Below are positions 12,101 to 23,779 of a stretch of DNA of 64,000 bases, piece after piece (positions within the stretch are counted from its first letter, which is position 1; every line of letters starts with the position of its first letter). Origin of the DNA: Raillietiella orientalis (lineage: Eukaryota); assembly GCA_036172245.1 (NCBI GenBank), contig JAYWIR010000024.1:2294001-2358000 (forward strand). The letters run 5' to 3'. The position numbers and the translations under genes are program-made. The notes beneath the pieces were generated by a model. It was not told the origin of the DNA. It did no database searches and was given only the letters and a program-made list of their open reading frames with translations.

Positions 12101-15100
12101 AGCCCAGGTAGACCACAGTGTGGGTGGCGAGCGGCTAAACAGCGGGTGGTGTGGTGCAACCCAGAAGGCTCACCAAAGTGCAAGTGGGAGTGTGACCAGA
12201 CGGCTTTAAGTTTCCCTATGGGTGCAAAGATTTAAGCCATTTATTCCAACACCAAGTAATTTTGAAAGGCAAAGAGCTCAGCATGCGAATGGGATGAAGA
12301 CATTCATTCACCATTCTGCAGTGATTACGCACAGTGGTGCATAATCACTGCAGATACTGCACCAAGGGATTCCTGATGATCGAAGTCAAAGATCTCTGAA
12401 TAAATATGTCTCTGAATCGATCTCTGTGTAGCAGGTAAAAATAGTCCCGAAATGAGAATTTTCACATAAGACCGACGTTCCTGAAAGGACGATCCTTCTG
12501 AAGAAGGAGAAAGTTACATCTCTTTGTTTTGAAGCATTTTCGGAAACTCAGGGTTCAGTCCGGAAGACAACGAGGGACACTCAGATTCAATTTTCGGGTT
12601 TTTGGGTCGAAATCTCGAACGATCAAAAGCACGAAACATCTTGAGGATATGCTCGTTTTGTATATTAGGACACATATTTATGTATAGATTCATGCGCACA
12701 GACATTTTAATATACAAATTAATAATAATTATTAACAAACACGTTGCTGACATAGTCGATAATGTGTACTAATATATTATTAATATATAATGAACATTCT
12801 AAAAATAAACATATGCTAAGATTGTGATCAAGACGTATAATAAATATTTGCTAAATGAATATGTAAATATCGAATTATAAAGAAACAAAAAACAACGGTA
12901 ACAACTAAAAGTAGTGTGTGTGTCTGTGTGTGTGGGGGGGAGCAAAGGAATTGAACAAAAATAAAAGAAATTTTTCGTTTCATTTGCCCATCATTTCCAT
13001 CATCCAATCAATAAAATCAGCATTCTCAGTAACAGAATCCTGAATGAATTTTCGGATTTCGGCGTTCGGGAATTTGATCATCACCGCCGATTTTTCTTTG
13101 AACGAGGAAGACGTTTGGATCAACCGAAATAAACTCGAAGGAAGTTGAGAAACTGCCTTGCATTTCGAGCCACCATTACATGTGTGGCATGCGTGATTTC
13201 CGTGTTGGATGATCCGCACATCTTTCAGGCTTGAAACGAGTAAACTATAGAAAAGATCCACTTATCCAGATTCAAGGTCAAGTTGGATTCCGTTAGCCCT
13301 GGAAGCTGCCCTTTCCGCTGTTTCCCTGTCTCATGAATCATTGGAATTGTTAGAGAACCCAACTGATTCCATCTCTTAAGAACAAGGAGTCATGAGAACT
13401 GAGAGAAGCCACGGATAATGCTTCATGTATAACCGAAAGTAGATCACCTACCCATGCCGAGCAGCAGTGGGGCTGAAGGCATGCGGATCTTCCCAAAGAT
13501 GCCCTCCATCAAAGCGATGCTAATGGGTGAGAAAGAAAGGAGAAACACCCAGAGACCCAGAAGTTGAGACAAGTGGAAGGCTGCGTTGGCGGCCGTGTGG
13601 CTACGGCCTCCGCGTGTGGCACCAAGCGTTACAAGTTCGATTGTGTTGCGATATCTCTTTCCTCATATGGGATTTACCCATCCGAGGAAGTAAGAGACCA
13701 AATGAGTGCGCCGTGAGTTTCGAGTTGGCCCTCAAGATGACGCTGGTTGTCACATTGGGGTGCAGCACTCGAAAAAACCGGAAACCGGATGCCCCCGTTG
13801 ACTGGCCGGGATTTGGAAGTTGACCCTTTGGGGTCCTTCCAGGAGTCAAGGAACCTTCGGGATTCACTTCCGGTTGTGAAAATGGATCTGTCTTCCCCCT
13901 CGGAGGAACCCTCTATCGAGTACCATGGAGCTGGTTGGTTTGATTCTTTCCCAGATTGTCAGGAGCGCTGTGCACCCTTCAGGGTTCTCTTTTCAGAATA
14001 GTAAACGAGGAGCGGTTCCTTTCGGGGTTCTCTTAGGAGACAACTAAAGCGAGGGTTTCTTGTGCTCGGGGTCCCCTACCAAGCGTAAGAGGAACGGATT
14101 CCGGAGCCACCCTCGGGTGACGTGGACAGTGTTAAAGAGCTTCGTGAGCCTTAGGCGCACTGTTCTTCAGTACGTAGCGAACCAAGGGTTAGAGAAGTGG
14201 AAGTCCTGAAAGGGTTATGCGGTCAGTGTCAGATTCGCTATTTCGGAGGAAAGAAAGCGGGGGATTTGAATCGAGTATTTGAAGATCAGTTTCTTATGGT
14301 TTTCCGTTCTTATTCTCCAGACCAAAATATCTGCTCTTTCTCGGGTGTCTCAGGTCGAGCCTCCCGGCTAAAGTTTTTGAGAGATCGCATCTTTTTCGAG
14401 TTCTTTATGCGGAAGGGGAAAGTGGCAGGCCTCCCATTGAAGCAGAGAAAAGAAGAACCAGTTAACTTTCAAGAAATGGGATCTGAATCCGAAATATTTC
14501 TAGAGTTGAGTCCCGAATTAATTCAAGATGAAAAGGGGGAAGGGGGAAAGGAAAATTGGAGACACCCAATGTATCGTGAGGATCAACTTATTGAAGAACT
14601 GATTCTACCGGGAAAATACCAAGCACGATTCGGTTAGCATCGGTCGTCATGGCACGTCTCTACAGATGAGCCTGTGGTTGGTCATGAAGAGCGTTCATCC
14701 TGGAATCGAAGAAGACCAACAAATATCGCCTCTGCTTCCTTACGAAAAGAAAGTGATGCCCTTGTGCTAACTGCACCAGAAACCAAAAGCTAAGAGCATT
14801 TCCAGAGGTCTAAGGCTTCAGCTCTGGGTGGCAGCTTCAGGAGAACATGGCCACAGCACAAAGAGGAGAAGCAAGACAAGGAATGGGGGAGGAGGAGGCG
14901 TTCTTGTGTGAGAAGCAAGAAGGAAGTTCTGCATCTCTTAACAACGTTTGGGGTCAACTAAAATTCATACATCATTCGAGTGGAGCCGAGCAAGAGCTTG
15001 CCGAGGGAAGAAAACATTCCGGCCACGAAATAGTGCCTCGCAGAGACAAGAAAACGTTTCGATGCTACAGTTTCCGCAGATGACGTTCTGTGATTTCAAA

Positions 15101-16584
15101 CCATGAGTTCCGCGTTTCCAGAGCTCAGTGGGAGAGGAATTTGCTGTTTTTCTGCCAAGATCGACGAGCTCCAGAATAGGCAGAAGAAATGTACCCTTCC
15201 GCCTCCTGAAGATCGGAGAAGAAACAAAGTATCTTGATCGTCCCTCAGAGAGCTATTGGCATCCATTTCTTCAAAGCACGTTTTTTCTTCGAGGGAATCT
15301 TCTGACGTGAATTCGTGTAATAACGGTCCAGTGCGAGAAGCTGCAAGGGTAGTTTATCAGAGTCCCCGAGTCGTCTTCCGTGCTTCCAAGAGAGGACATC
15401 CAGTTCTTCGATCGGATGCCGCTTCTCCCCCATGCCAGCCACTCGAAATCTTTTCCGCAATTTCCTGATTCGCAACTCTGACAGCCAAAGATAGGCCAGC
15501 AAGGAAGATGTGTCCAATGTGGGATAACCTCCCGGGGCGCCTAACTTCGCTTCTCAACACGGACACCTGCATGAAAAATTTAATTTCGAGTCTTCCCGAT
15601 GTCTTCAAAACTGCATTTGCGAGGGATCCTCACCTGAACTGCAATCTGGGGGACCTACAGAAATCTGGCACATCTTCCAGTCTTCTGAAGACAAGAAGAC
15701 TCGATAGATTCCTGGAAGAAGGGCTAATTGAAAGTCAACTGATCCTCTTTCGTAGGTTGAGATCTTCACAGACACGGTACAAGACGTGTCCAGTGTTTCT
15801 GATTCCGTGAGATTCCACCTTCTCTCTTTACCTATCAGCCTGCCCCTGTTGCTGTGGCTGCACATCTACCGAATTGGCAAATTGGTCCGGCAATTGTCCC
15901 AGAAACTTCAGGATTGCGCAATGCTTCTTACGATCAAGATCTGCTATTGAACAGGGCACTCTTACGAGGAAGATCATCAGCCAAGTCAACTCTTTGGTGA
16001 TGAATGAGAGTGCCATGGTTCAGTTAGTCTTCTGGATCGCCGGCTGCTTAGAAACCAAACGCGCGTTCTCTGCTCGACGAGGACGAGAAGTGATGAAAAT
16101 GAACCGCATGAGGAGCGCCTGGAGTCTCAGGTTTTCCGACTCCCGAGTGCAGCTCCGGAGCCAAAAAGACAGAAAACAAAAAACCGCTCATGGAAGCTCT
16201 AGTGCTGCCATGACGTGCAGCAACAGTGGTCACAACCGGTAGGCTCTGCTGCTCTTCGCAACAACGCGCGTTTCCGACGAATGCTTCAGCGAACAAACCT
16301 GAATTCTCCCTGAAGCTCGACTTGTGTAGGACGCAAGACCCCGCCTCGAAATTCACAGCAGCACAACCCGTTGTCCTCCTGCAAATGGCCAGGCATTCCG
16401 GAAGAGACAAAACTCCCCAGTTCGATCCAACGACGTCGTCGGTAAACGAATACTGCGGACCGACTTCCAACAGGAAGGTCACAGTGGAATTCTGGGGGCA
16501 TTGGCACTCGGTGAGGGCGATCACGTGGAAGAGCAAAACAGCGAACGTGATCCGAGGAGTTTCCCGCAGAGCGTGTCTTTTCAT
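8218..16584 (-). CDS. PAN/Apple + ZP-family secreted protein (neyo/nyobe-like paralog A): signal peptide, 2 PAN domains, ZP-C only, RKKR site, no TM; ~465 aa
   Basis: Exons 16584-16299, 10518-10314 and 9124-8218 splice in frame via GT-AG sites (phases 1 and 2; 1398 nt) with no stops or frameshifts. Intron positions and the 205-bp middle exon match paralog B. Confidence 0.85.
9640..9960 (+). mobile_element. Tx1-like fragment in intron 2 of paralog A
   Basis: Nucleotide similarity of ~9820-9940 to 22980-23100 of the Tx1 copy. Confidence 0.4.
10314..10518 (-). CDS. Paralog A coding exon 2 (PAN1 end / PAN2)
   Basis: Acceptor ttcttctctttcAG, donor GTATGC; DLLSPSQRPGFNLYAQKLCL..CDREWAFEAVSGHRL..CIEACLRESSFVCR; 205 bp. 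Confidence 0.9.
10700..11700 (-). mobile_element. Degenerate Ty3/Gypsy RT-RNase H remnant
   Basis: Minus-strand KEKQLAV..IKKLLAFLLGSQEVLV resembles the RNase H E.LA..KF..YL.G motif, with weak RT motifs upstream. Confidence 0.35.
13530..14110 (+). repeat. Copy of an unidentified dispersed, formerly coding repeat (also ~19500-20190 +, 48130-48630 +, 54750-55430 -, weaker 29130-29400 and 38830-39170)
   Basis: Shared sequence and peptides: GAALEKTGNRMPPLT / GAALAKSGNQMPPLT; CQERCAPFRVLF / CKKRYAPIKALF; FAWQQ in the 19.7 kb and 55.1 kb copies. Confidence 0.6.
14150..16030 (-). mobile_element. Degenerate Utopia/NeSL-like non-LTR RT region in intron 1 of paralog A
   Basis: Decayed motifs in the expected order on the minus strand: IQ.LYR, WMPIAL (NWRPIAL), EG..H.F, YIG (YLG.P), GGLD. 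Confidence 0.45.
16299..16584 (-). CDS. Paralog A first coding exon: signal peptide + PAN1
   Basis: MKRHALRETPRITFAVLLFHVIALTECQC..TFLLE..ECLAICRRTTGCAAVNFEAGSCVL; donor CAG|GTTTGT, phase 1 as in paralog B. Confidence 0.88.
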
Positions 16585-17069
16585 TCTAGTTGCCAGTGGA
16601 GGCGGACAGTTTTCTGGAACAACAGAGAGTGCATCAGCCCGCGTGTTCTGCTGACGGGAATCGATCCCATTCACACAATCCGTTCGGCATATTTCTTTCC
16701 GCGAAGATAGAAAGCTCTCCTGTTGAAGAAGTCAAAGCCCGATTTATCCTAGGTGATCCTAAGATACACCCAAACCATTGATCCGAGTACCCCAAGGATT
16801 TACAAACTCAGCGGAGGTTGGTTTGGAGCCATCAGAGTCTCCGGTCGCAACGTAGGTTTGTTCCGGAAGAGACGATCTCAAAAACCACCGACAACCAGAA
16901 CGACCACGAGGGCACCCAGGGCGATATTGGATTCTGGATGGAGAATCTTCTCGAATTTGAAGATGGATTCCGGAGTGAAACAGCGTCCGCCCGGCTTTAG
17001 CTCGAAGGAACCCTCGAAGGAACCTCATTCTCCTCGAAGCATTGGTACATTTCTTGGCTCTCCTCCTGC

Positions 17070-17377
17070 ACTGTCTCGGTGAACGGCACACGGTCCATCC
17101 TTCAGCCGCTTCACCTCCTTGATGGGGTCTCTAGGGACGGACCGCGAGAGGGTGGCTGGGTGGCCAAATTCGACCGCCTGAGTCTGGGATTCCGCTGTGA
17201 CGGTCGTCGTAGTCTCCATCCTCGCCCCGCCGACGGAGTTGGCGACGCTGACTGCGCTTCTCGGAATCCTCAACCACCCCCGCCTCCTTGACGAGGAGAG
17301 TGTTGCCGATTATTTCGATGCGATCGTCGGGATGCGTGAGGACCTCCTTCCTGCTCCTCTCGTCGACGCGATACCAC
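17070..17377 (-). pseudogene. Dscam: Dscam exon fragment (C-half Ig3 + N-half Ig4), degenerate
   Basis: WYRVDERSRKEVLTHPDDRIEIIGNTLLVKEAGVVEDSEK (frameshift) VANSVGGARMETTTTVTA..QTQAVEFGHPATL..DPIKEVKRLKDG matches recalled arthropod Dscam WYKF..TLIIKDAVVEDSGKYLCVVNNSVGGESVETVLTVTA..QTVDFGRPA..NPIKTVSWMKDG. It is preceded by a cgcAG| acceptor; the Ig Cys/Trp residues are lost. Confidence 0.8.
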
Positions 17378-17449
17378 CTGCGACCGCCATCAGCTTGCAC
17401 CCGCGGTGGCACCCGAGACGGATCTTCCCGGTCAGTTTGCTCGGGCCGT

Positions 17450-17900
17450 CCGGCACCGAAAGGACTTGTTCCCGTCTTCTGGGGAAGATTTTTGACAGCC
17501 GCCCCGTGCTGGCCGTTCGAGCAGTCCATCAGGAGGGGACGCGCAGCCCGTGGATTCCGTCCCACCGAGCGCTCGCGGATCCAAATGCATCGCCTCTTCA
17601 TCCTCATCCCCAATGATGACGTTCTTCAAATCCCGAACGGCAAAGACGTCACCTAGGCCCCTACCAAACGACCGAGGAGTCGAGAAGTCAGAACACCAAC
17701 CCTTTTATCCCCGAGAGAACCCCGAGTGTGGAGCATCTTTGCCACACCCACCCAGTTTCCATCCGCGCGAGCCGGTCTCTGCAAGTCGGTCATCCGAAGA
17801 TCCCGAACTCTTCGCCTGAGAAGTGCGAGAGTTTCGCAGGCGACAGTGTCGAAATTCTCCGACCTCCGTTAATCACCGTTGGCTTATGCACCGGGAGCAA
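17450..17900 (+). mobile_element. N-terminal zinc-finger region of a Utopia/NeSL-like element (inverted copy at ~20400-20830; related pieces ~42150-42490, 45800-46200, 49950-50320)
   Basis: Both copies encode ILIPNDDVL followed by a decayed CP/H pattern. 17692-17720 is an exact reverse complement of 20599-20627. 42.2 kb and 50.0 kb are direct copies of each other. Confidence 0.45.
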
Positions 17901-20900
17901 AGCTCAGACCGAAAAGAGAAAAGATTCCGTTGTTACGCCACCGCTTTTGAGCGGTCCACGGTTTTCCCGAGAAAAAATTCAGCGTTTCGAAAATTCCGTT
18001 TCCGAAGAAACGCTAAGCGCATTACGAGGAAATTGGGGAGGGGAACATTTCTCAGAATTGGCCGCCTCGTGAAGAAGTCCGTCCTCTGCACGATCGCAGT
18101 TCGTTCTTTGGCAACGATCTTTCAACAGAGATGGATGAATGAAAGGCGACAGACGGCAGCAATTTCTAAACTGATACAAGGAGAATCTCCACTTACTTTG
18201 CCTGCAAGATCAGCATCATCCTAATAAACTTTGCAGCTCTGGTGGTCACGATAAAGGCGCTCTGCGAGGCGGAACCCTTCTGTGACCAAAAATCAGGAAT
18301 GAGGACTGCTTTTCCAGGGTTGCCATTATAAATTCATAAGGTAACGCGAAGTCTTGGTTCATTGAACGCCAGAGCATGGCGAAATCACGAACACCCCGAA
18401 AGTCTCTGCCCCTTCTTCTTGAGGGTCGGATCAAGAAATTGCCAAATCGTGTGCTAAATTCGCAGCGACTGTTGGCACCAACCTAACAGTTCGTGGTGCC
18501 GGCGATCTGTCTCGCCGTTGCGCAACAGCATCTTCGTTGTCGTTTTCCGTCATGCGTTCCGAGAGGGATGGAAAAATTCCGCCGGATGCGAAAAAAAGAG
18601 ATTTCCTAGCCGTCGAAAGCTGATGGAATGCAAGAGCAACTGCTGGGTAAATACCGATTCGAGCAGAGGTCGAGCAGTGCTTTGCTCCGAAACCTCCTAC
18701 GACAGGCGGGCAAGAACCTGACAGGACCGTCAGAGCGTCCGATATTCTCTAGAATCCTCCCGGAACCCATTAAGCAAAACGCAGGTTCACCATCCACCCA
18801 GCAAGAGTTCTGACAGTCCCTAAGAAAGATGAAAGGGAACGGTACTCTGTGTTGGCAGCTGTCCGTCTTATCGACGGTCGTGCAGCACCCAGCGGTCCCG
18901 TGCAACTGACCCAGATACCTGACGAAGGAATTCTCTTTGCTAATCAGTACCGTTTCTGAGATAAACAGCAGTTTATTTTGACTAATTACGTGTCGTGTAT
19001 GTTGGCTCTCAAATTTCGTTACTCCAGGCGCGGACTCGGTTTCTCGAATTCATCTCCTTGATGCGGGAGATAAGAAACCAGCTGCCAGGATCCTTGTTTC
19101 GTGCGATCAGCCCCTGAATCGAATCTCGCATCGGTCCGAATTCAAATCGGACCGATCCACAGTAAATCAGCTAAGGACTCCGACTCTTATGCTCGAGAGC
19201 TCGAGCACTCGAGTTGCAGAGGATGCTCCAGAGATCCGTTTCCGTTGATTCAGCAAGCAATGATGGCAGTTTCTGAAGCAAAGAGCGTAACCTCGGGCTT
19301 CAGCATCCTCCTCTCAGGGATGCAGTGCCATCGTTTTTTCCCTTGCTCTCCGTTCGAGCATCCTTTTGTGCTCGCCGCTGGAATGCACGTGGAAAGATGC
19401 CGTCGGCGTGTTCGTTGCGACCGTGGCATGTAGCAGGAAGAGGCGATGTTCCCGGTCGTGGTCGTGGAATCTTCTCCTTGGCAAAAATCAAATGATTGTC
19501 CGAAATTCTTGTTTGCCTTTGCTTCGCATTTCTCTCCCCCGCCGTGCACGTCATCCAAATGCAGCGTGCTTCTTCGGGGTGCTCAGGTGCTCTATATGCA
19601 AAGGAGGTTTCCAGAAGAAGCAAAGATAATTTTCTTTGCTTCGCATGTGCACGAGAAAGTTCACTTGTCCCATTTACCGCCCTTGACTGTCCGCGTCGGA
19701 AGCCACGTGGTAGCAATCTCTTCGCATGGCAGCAAGAGTCGCGGGTTCGAATACTCGGAAAAAAATCGACGCCAGGGGAATGGGGGTGCATCGTGGGTTG
19801 GAGTTCTCTCCTCAAGATGGCGCTGGCTAGCCTGCATTCGGCACTGGTAGCGGTTCAAACCAGACGCCCCCGATCGAGTGGCCGGGGTTAGGAGTCGACA
19901 TCCGAGTCCTTCCAGGAAACAGGAGTGGATGTTCTCTTCCGGTTGTGCCGGACCTCCCCTTCGGAGGAAACCCTCCGTGTCGTCTATGAAGCTGGTGTGG
20001 TACCTCTCCAGGGCGCAAAGAAGTGTGCTGCTCCCTTTGGGAGGCGCCCTTCAGAGAACATACGGAAGCGTTTCTTCGGGGTTCTCTTCAGAGGAGGAAA
20101 CAAGGAGCGATTCCCTTGCGGGTCTCTTTCCGGAGAAGAAATTCCTAATAGCGGATCATTTCCGGGTTCCCTTCAGGGAATAAAGAATGAGGACCCTCCG
20201 GAGACAACCAGGGTGGAGGGACTCCCTTCGGGGATCCCCTCTCCGAGGGGTGATTGCGTCCGGCGAAGGTACTCCAGAACAACCGGTTCGCAATTTTCCC
20301 ACCCTCAGTCCTTGGTTGTTTGAAGCCAACCGTTCCAGCCAGAGGGTTCAGTTTTTTTCTCAGAACACCAGCAGCCTGCTGTGGAGAGGAATTCTCCGAT
20401 CCGTCCACCCTTGTACCGAGGATCGTTCGTCGTGGGAGAAGGGTTGGTGTGCGATGGATGACCGAGAATGTGGAGGTGACATTGCTTGTCGAGGAGAGGG
20501 ATGCGGGCCCACCATCTCCTCAGTTCGAACCCGTGGACTTCCGACTGGTGCCAAGGGGTTTTCGTCGTCGGTCCAAGCCTGCTTGTCTGGTTTTTTGAGT
20601 TCTCTCGGGGATAAAAGGGTTGGTGTTTTGACTTACCGGTTCTGTCCACGGTCCTTGGTAGGCGCCCAGCAGATGTCTTTGCCATGTCGGACATCGAAGA
20701 ACGTCATCATTTGGGATGAGGATGGAGAGGCGAGAGCTGGGGATTCCGTGGTCAATGAAATGAGGCCTTCAATACAGGCGCGATGTCTATTGGAATTACG
20801 GACTGGAACATCCTCCCGATGAAGGAATCTCCTAGACATCGAAACCCAAGAAAAAGTGGTCCTAACCAGTGCGGCCGCGAGAGGAGGATTGTTGGAAAAA

Positions 20901-21164
20901 TGGCATAACTTAATGTGGATGAGACAGCAAAATGGACAGAACGAGAAGATGGTTGAGAATGAGAAAATCCTTGAACCTTTCTTTACGATGGCCTCCTCCT
21001 TTGCGGTCCGCCAGCTTCTGAGCCACGGCCGAGAGGTGTCCGGTACACTTCCCCTCCGTTTGACCCGTCGACCCCTCCACCAGACGGGGAAGTGCAGTAG
21101 GTCCGGTTGGATGCTGCGACTCCGTTCCGATGATAGACTAATTGGAAGGCACGAGTCGCCACCA

Positions 21165-21667
21165 GTTCACTGTCCTGGGTGTTTCTCTAGATGCCGTCGT
21201 CCAGGATGGTGACCACTACTCCGCGTCCCGTGATCCTGCGTTTCCAGGCAGGGGTAAGTTCATGTCCGTGCTGTCAAAAGACTCCATGGTTCAGGCACCA
21301 CTCATCGAGGTAGTTGGGGTCGTTGAACCACCAAGGCGAGTGCCTCTTGAAGGTGGAGAAGGGATGAGGCTGGTAGAAGGTGAAGAAGTTCCTCTTCATG
21401 AGCTTGAGCTCCACCTGCTGCTCCACCGAAGGTTCCAGCTCCAGCTTGTCCAGGAACACCCTGCTGGACGACATTGACAGCCGATGGACGTGCTGGTGCT
21501 CGAACAGGAAGAAGCCTTCCAGGCTGCCGATCTGCGCCAGATTCCTGTACCCGTGCCGAGCCACTACGAGGTCGGCTTCCTGGGAGTCTGCCGGGATGTC
21601 GAAGGCGAACCGGTTGGACCGCCAACGAGAGGGCCAACGCCTTGAGTGCGTCTCCAAGCAACGTCAT
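21165..21667 (-). pseudogene. Fur2: Furin2/PC5-like proprotein convertase 5' fragment (signal peptide, prodomain, start of S8 catalytic domain), disabled
   Basis: MTLLGDALKALALSLA (fs) SNRFAFDIPADSQEADLVVARHGYRNLAQIGSLEGFFLFEHQHV..EPSVEQQVELKLMKR..FNDPNYLDEWCLN (fs) DMN (fs) AWKRRITGRGVVVTILDDGI* - the classic kexin GxGVVVxILDDG motif, with frameshifts and a TAG at 21189-21187. Confidence 0.88.
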
Positions 21668-22329
21668 TTCTTGCAGAGTTGGTCTGTGCATGTGTTCCTG
21701 GGGTTTTCAGCTCTCTGCGCACCTTTCTTCCACGAGCTACTTCCGGATGACGCAGGTTCCCGGGTGTATCCAGAAGGACAGACTCCTCTCAGCTGTCGAA
21801 ACAGAGGTTATGGCATACGGGCCATCACATGGACGGATGCATATGACAGATGCACAAGCAGAGATTTCATTTCTGATGCCTCGTCATTTTACTACCCGTT
21901 CTTCGATGATGAGATGCCAAATGAGGGTGGCATTTGCTTCTCCTATGAGTACTGCTCTTCCTCGAGAAATTCCGGGGTTCAATCCGTCCATGTAGTAACA
22001 TGCTGCTAATAAGCGATCACCGGGGCTTTATCTTCTATTAATATTTATTTATTTACATTTTATTGGAATGGTAATCTGCCAATTCTCCCCTAGGAAACAG
22101 CCACACGGAGGAACAGATTCTGTTTTGCTCGTGAATCACAGGGTGACTAACATCGGGGTTGCCATCTCGGAATACCAAGATTTCCTCGCTACCTCTTATG
22201 TGACGTCCGAAAACGGAAATAGTCATCCGCAGCAGAAAGAATGTGTCTGTCGAGTTATTTAGTGATGCAGTGTTGGTCCGTTTAAGCCCTAGCAAGCAAA
22301 CCGGAAGTTCGCTTTCATCCTCAAGAATT

Positions 22330-23770
22330 CCCTTTCCCGAAGCTTTGTGGGGCTCTGAAGGGTTCTGTATCCGCCTGAAAGACTTGTTGGCCCCGCCCAG
22401 GACTCTGGCTTGGGCATTCTGACGATTGAAAAGATCGGAATGCAGACGAAGTTCTAATTCCTGTCCCTGTGTCGGAAATTGTGGTCTTCTCATTGGTGTG
22501 CTCCGGCATGCCACAACCTTGGGAGATACGCTGGACTTCTTTCGTTGCTGCCGCGCACCTACGTCGAGGGACCGGATTTGGCTACCCCCTGAGGCATCTG
22601 TCCTCTTTACTGGCAGCCCTCAGATCCCTGTAGATCTCCTGCCTCCTCATAAACTGTGACGCTCGGCGGGAGGAGGCACTGGAGTCCTGGATTGCTACTC
22701 TGGGAGTGCGCCCAGAGGAACTGCGATTGCAATCTCTGCAGAGTCTCCTACGCAAACTTCTGGAAGATCTCCTGCAGGACTGGACTCAGTGGTCCCAGAT
22801 AGCCGTCACATCCCTTGCTACAGCACTCTCTGCCCTCAGGGCAAGCAACGACAGCAGCCAGCCAGCGGGGTGGGAGTTGTCCTGCAAAACTGCAGGAGTC
22901 GAGAAACTCCTGGACGACTGCAAGACGAGCGGGTTGGTGGACGGCGCCACTCCTCGTTCCCAGAAGAAACTCCTTCGATGGAGCACACTTTTGAATGTGG
23001 TCCCAGAAAAACTGATAGTCGCTCCCATGTGTGCTGACACTACAGTGCCATCTCCGCATAGGAAACGGGGAGTTCTGCTATTTCTGCGCTGGGGATTGCA
23101 GTGCAAACCGGCGCAGGCACTTGGTTCCCGGGGGATTTGCCTCCCCTAACCGTTCCAGGTGCGGGGCGGCGGAATCGTTCCTGCACCTCCTGTTGGACTG
23201 CAGTGCCCTGGAGGACAGGTGGCGGAAACCGGCCTCGGTGGTCTGCCATCCACAGGTCACTGCCTCGAACTTGCTGCTGCGCTTCTTCACTCAAGGAGGA
23301 CTGACGGCGAGCGCTGTGATGGCAACGATCTGTTGCCTCTGCGCCATGGTCACAACCCTCCATGTGCTGGAGTCACGATCGCAGCGAAAGGAGGCCACCA
23401 CTATGGCAGCCGCCTTCATGAGGACAACTGCAGGATGGCCTCATCTGCTACAAGAAGTTGCCAGGGAGATCACTACCATCCAAAGCCTCTTTTTGAACGA
23501 AAGGAACGATCGACACCAAAGATCCCCAAAGTCTCTACCCTCCCGCCTTTTTTTATTTTTCTTATTGTTCCCTCCCTCGGTTCCCAACTTCTTGGAAGCG
23601 GGCGTGCGTGTCAGTTGTCATCCCAAATGAACTTCTTTTTCTTTTTCTGGCATTTCTTGTTTTCAAGGGGATATTTTCTTCCTCTAATTTGCAGTTCGTT
23701 TTAATACATAAACGTCCCGGCGTAAGCGGGTAAGAACCTTTTGTGAATTCACGCGCGTGAGCCGGGATGT
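22330..23770 (+). mobile_element. Tx1/L1-clade element, RT thumb to 3' end
   Basis: Decayed GLG.P motif, then SRCGAAESFLHLLLDC zinc knuckle and a C/T-rich 3' tail at ~23530-23740. Confidence 0.65.
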
Positions 23771-23779
23771 CGGAGATCA

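Noticed and set aside
12110..12270. tRNA-derived SINE-like segment (A-box-like; shares ..ATTTTGAAAGGC with ~41955)
   Set aside because: No clear B-box, cloverleaf or TSD; too weak to call.
18600..18830. NCWVN / NSCWVD resembling a USP Cys-box
   Set aside because: The short motifs are on opposite strands and no His-box was found.
21380..22009. 209-aa plus-strand ORF
   Set aside because: The first half is the antisense shadow of the furin fragment; no coherent domain.
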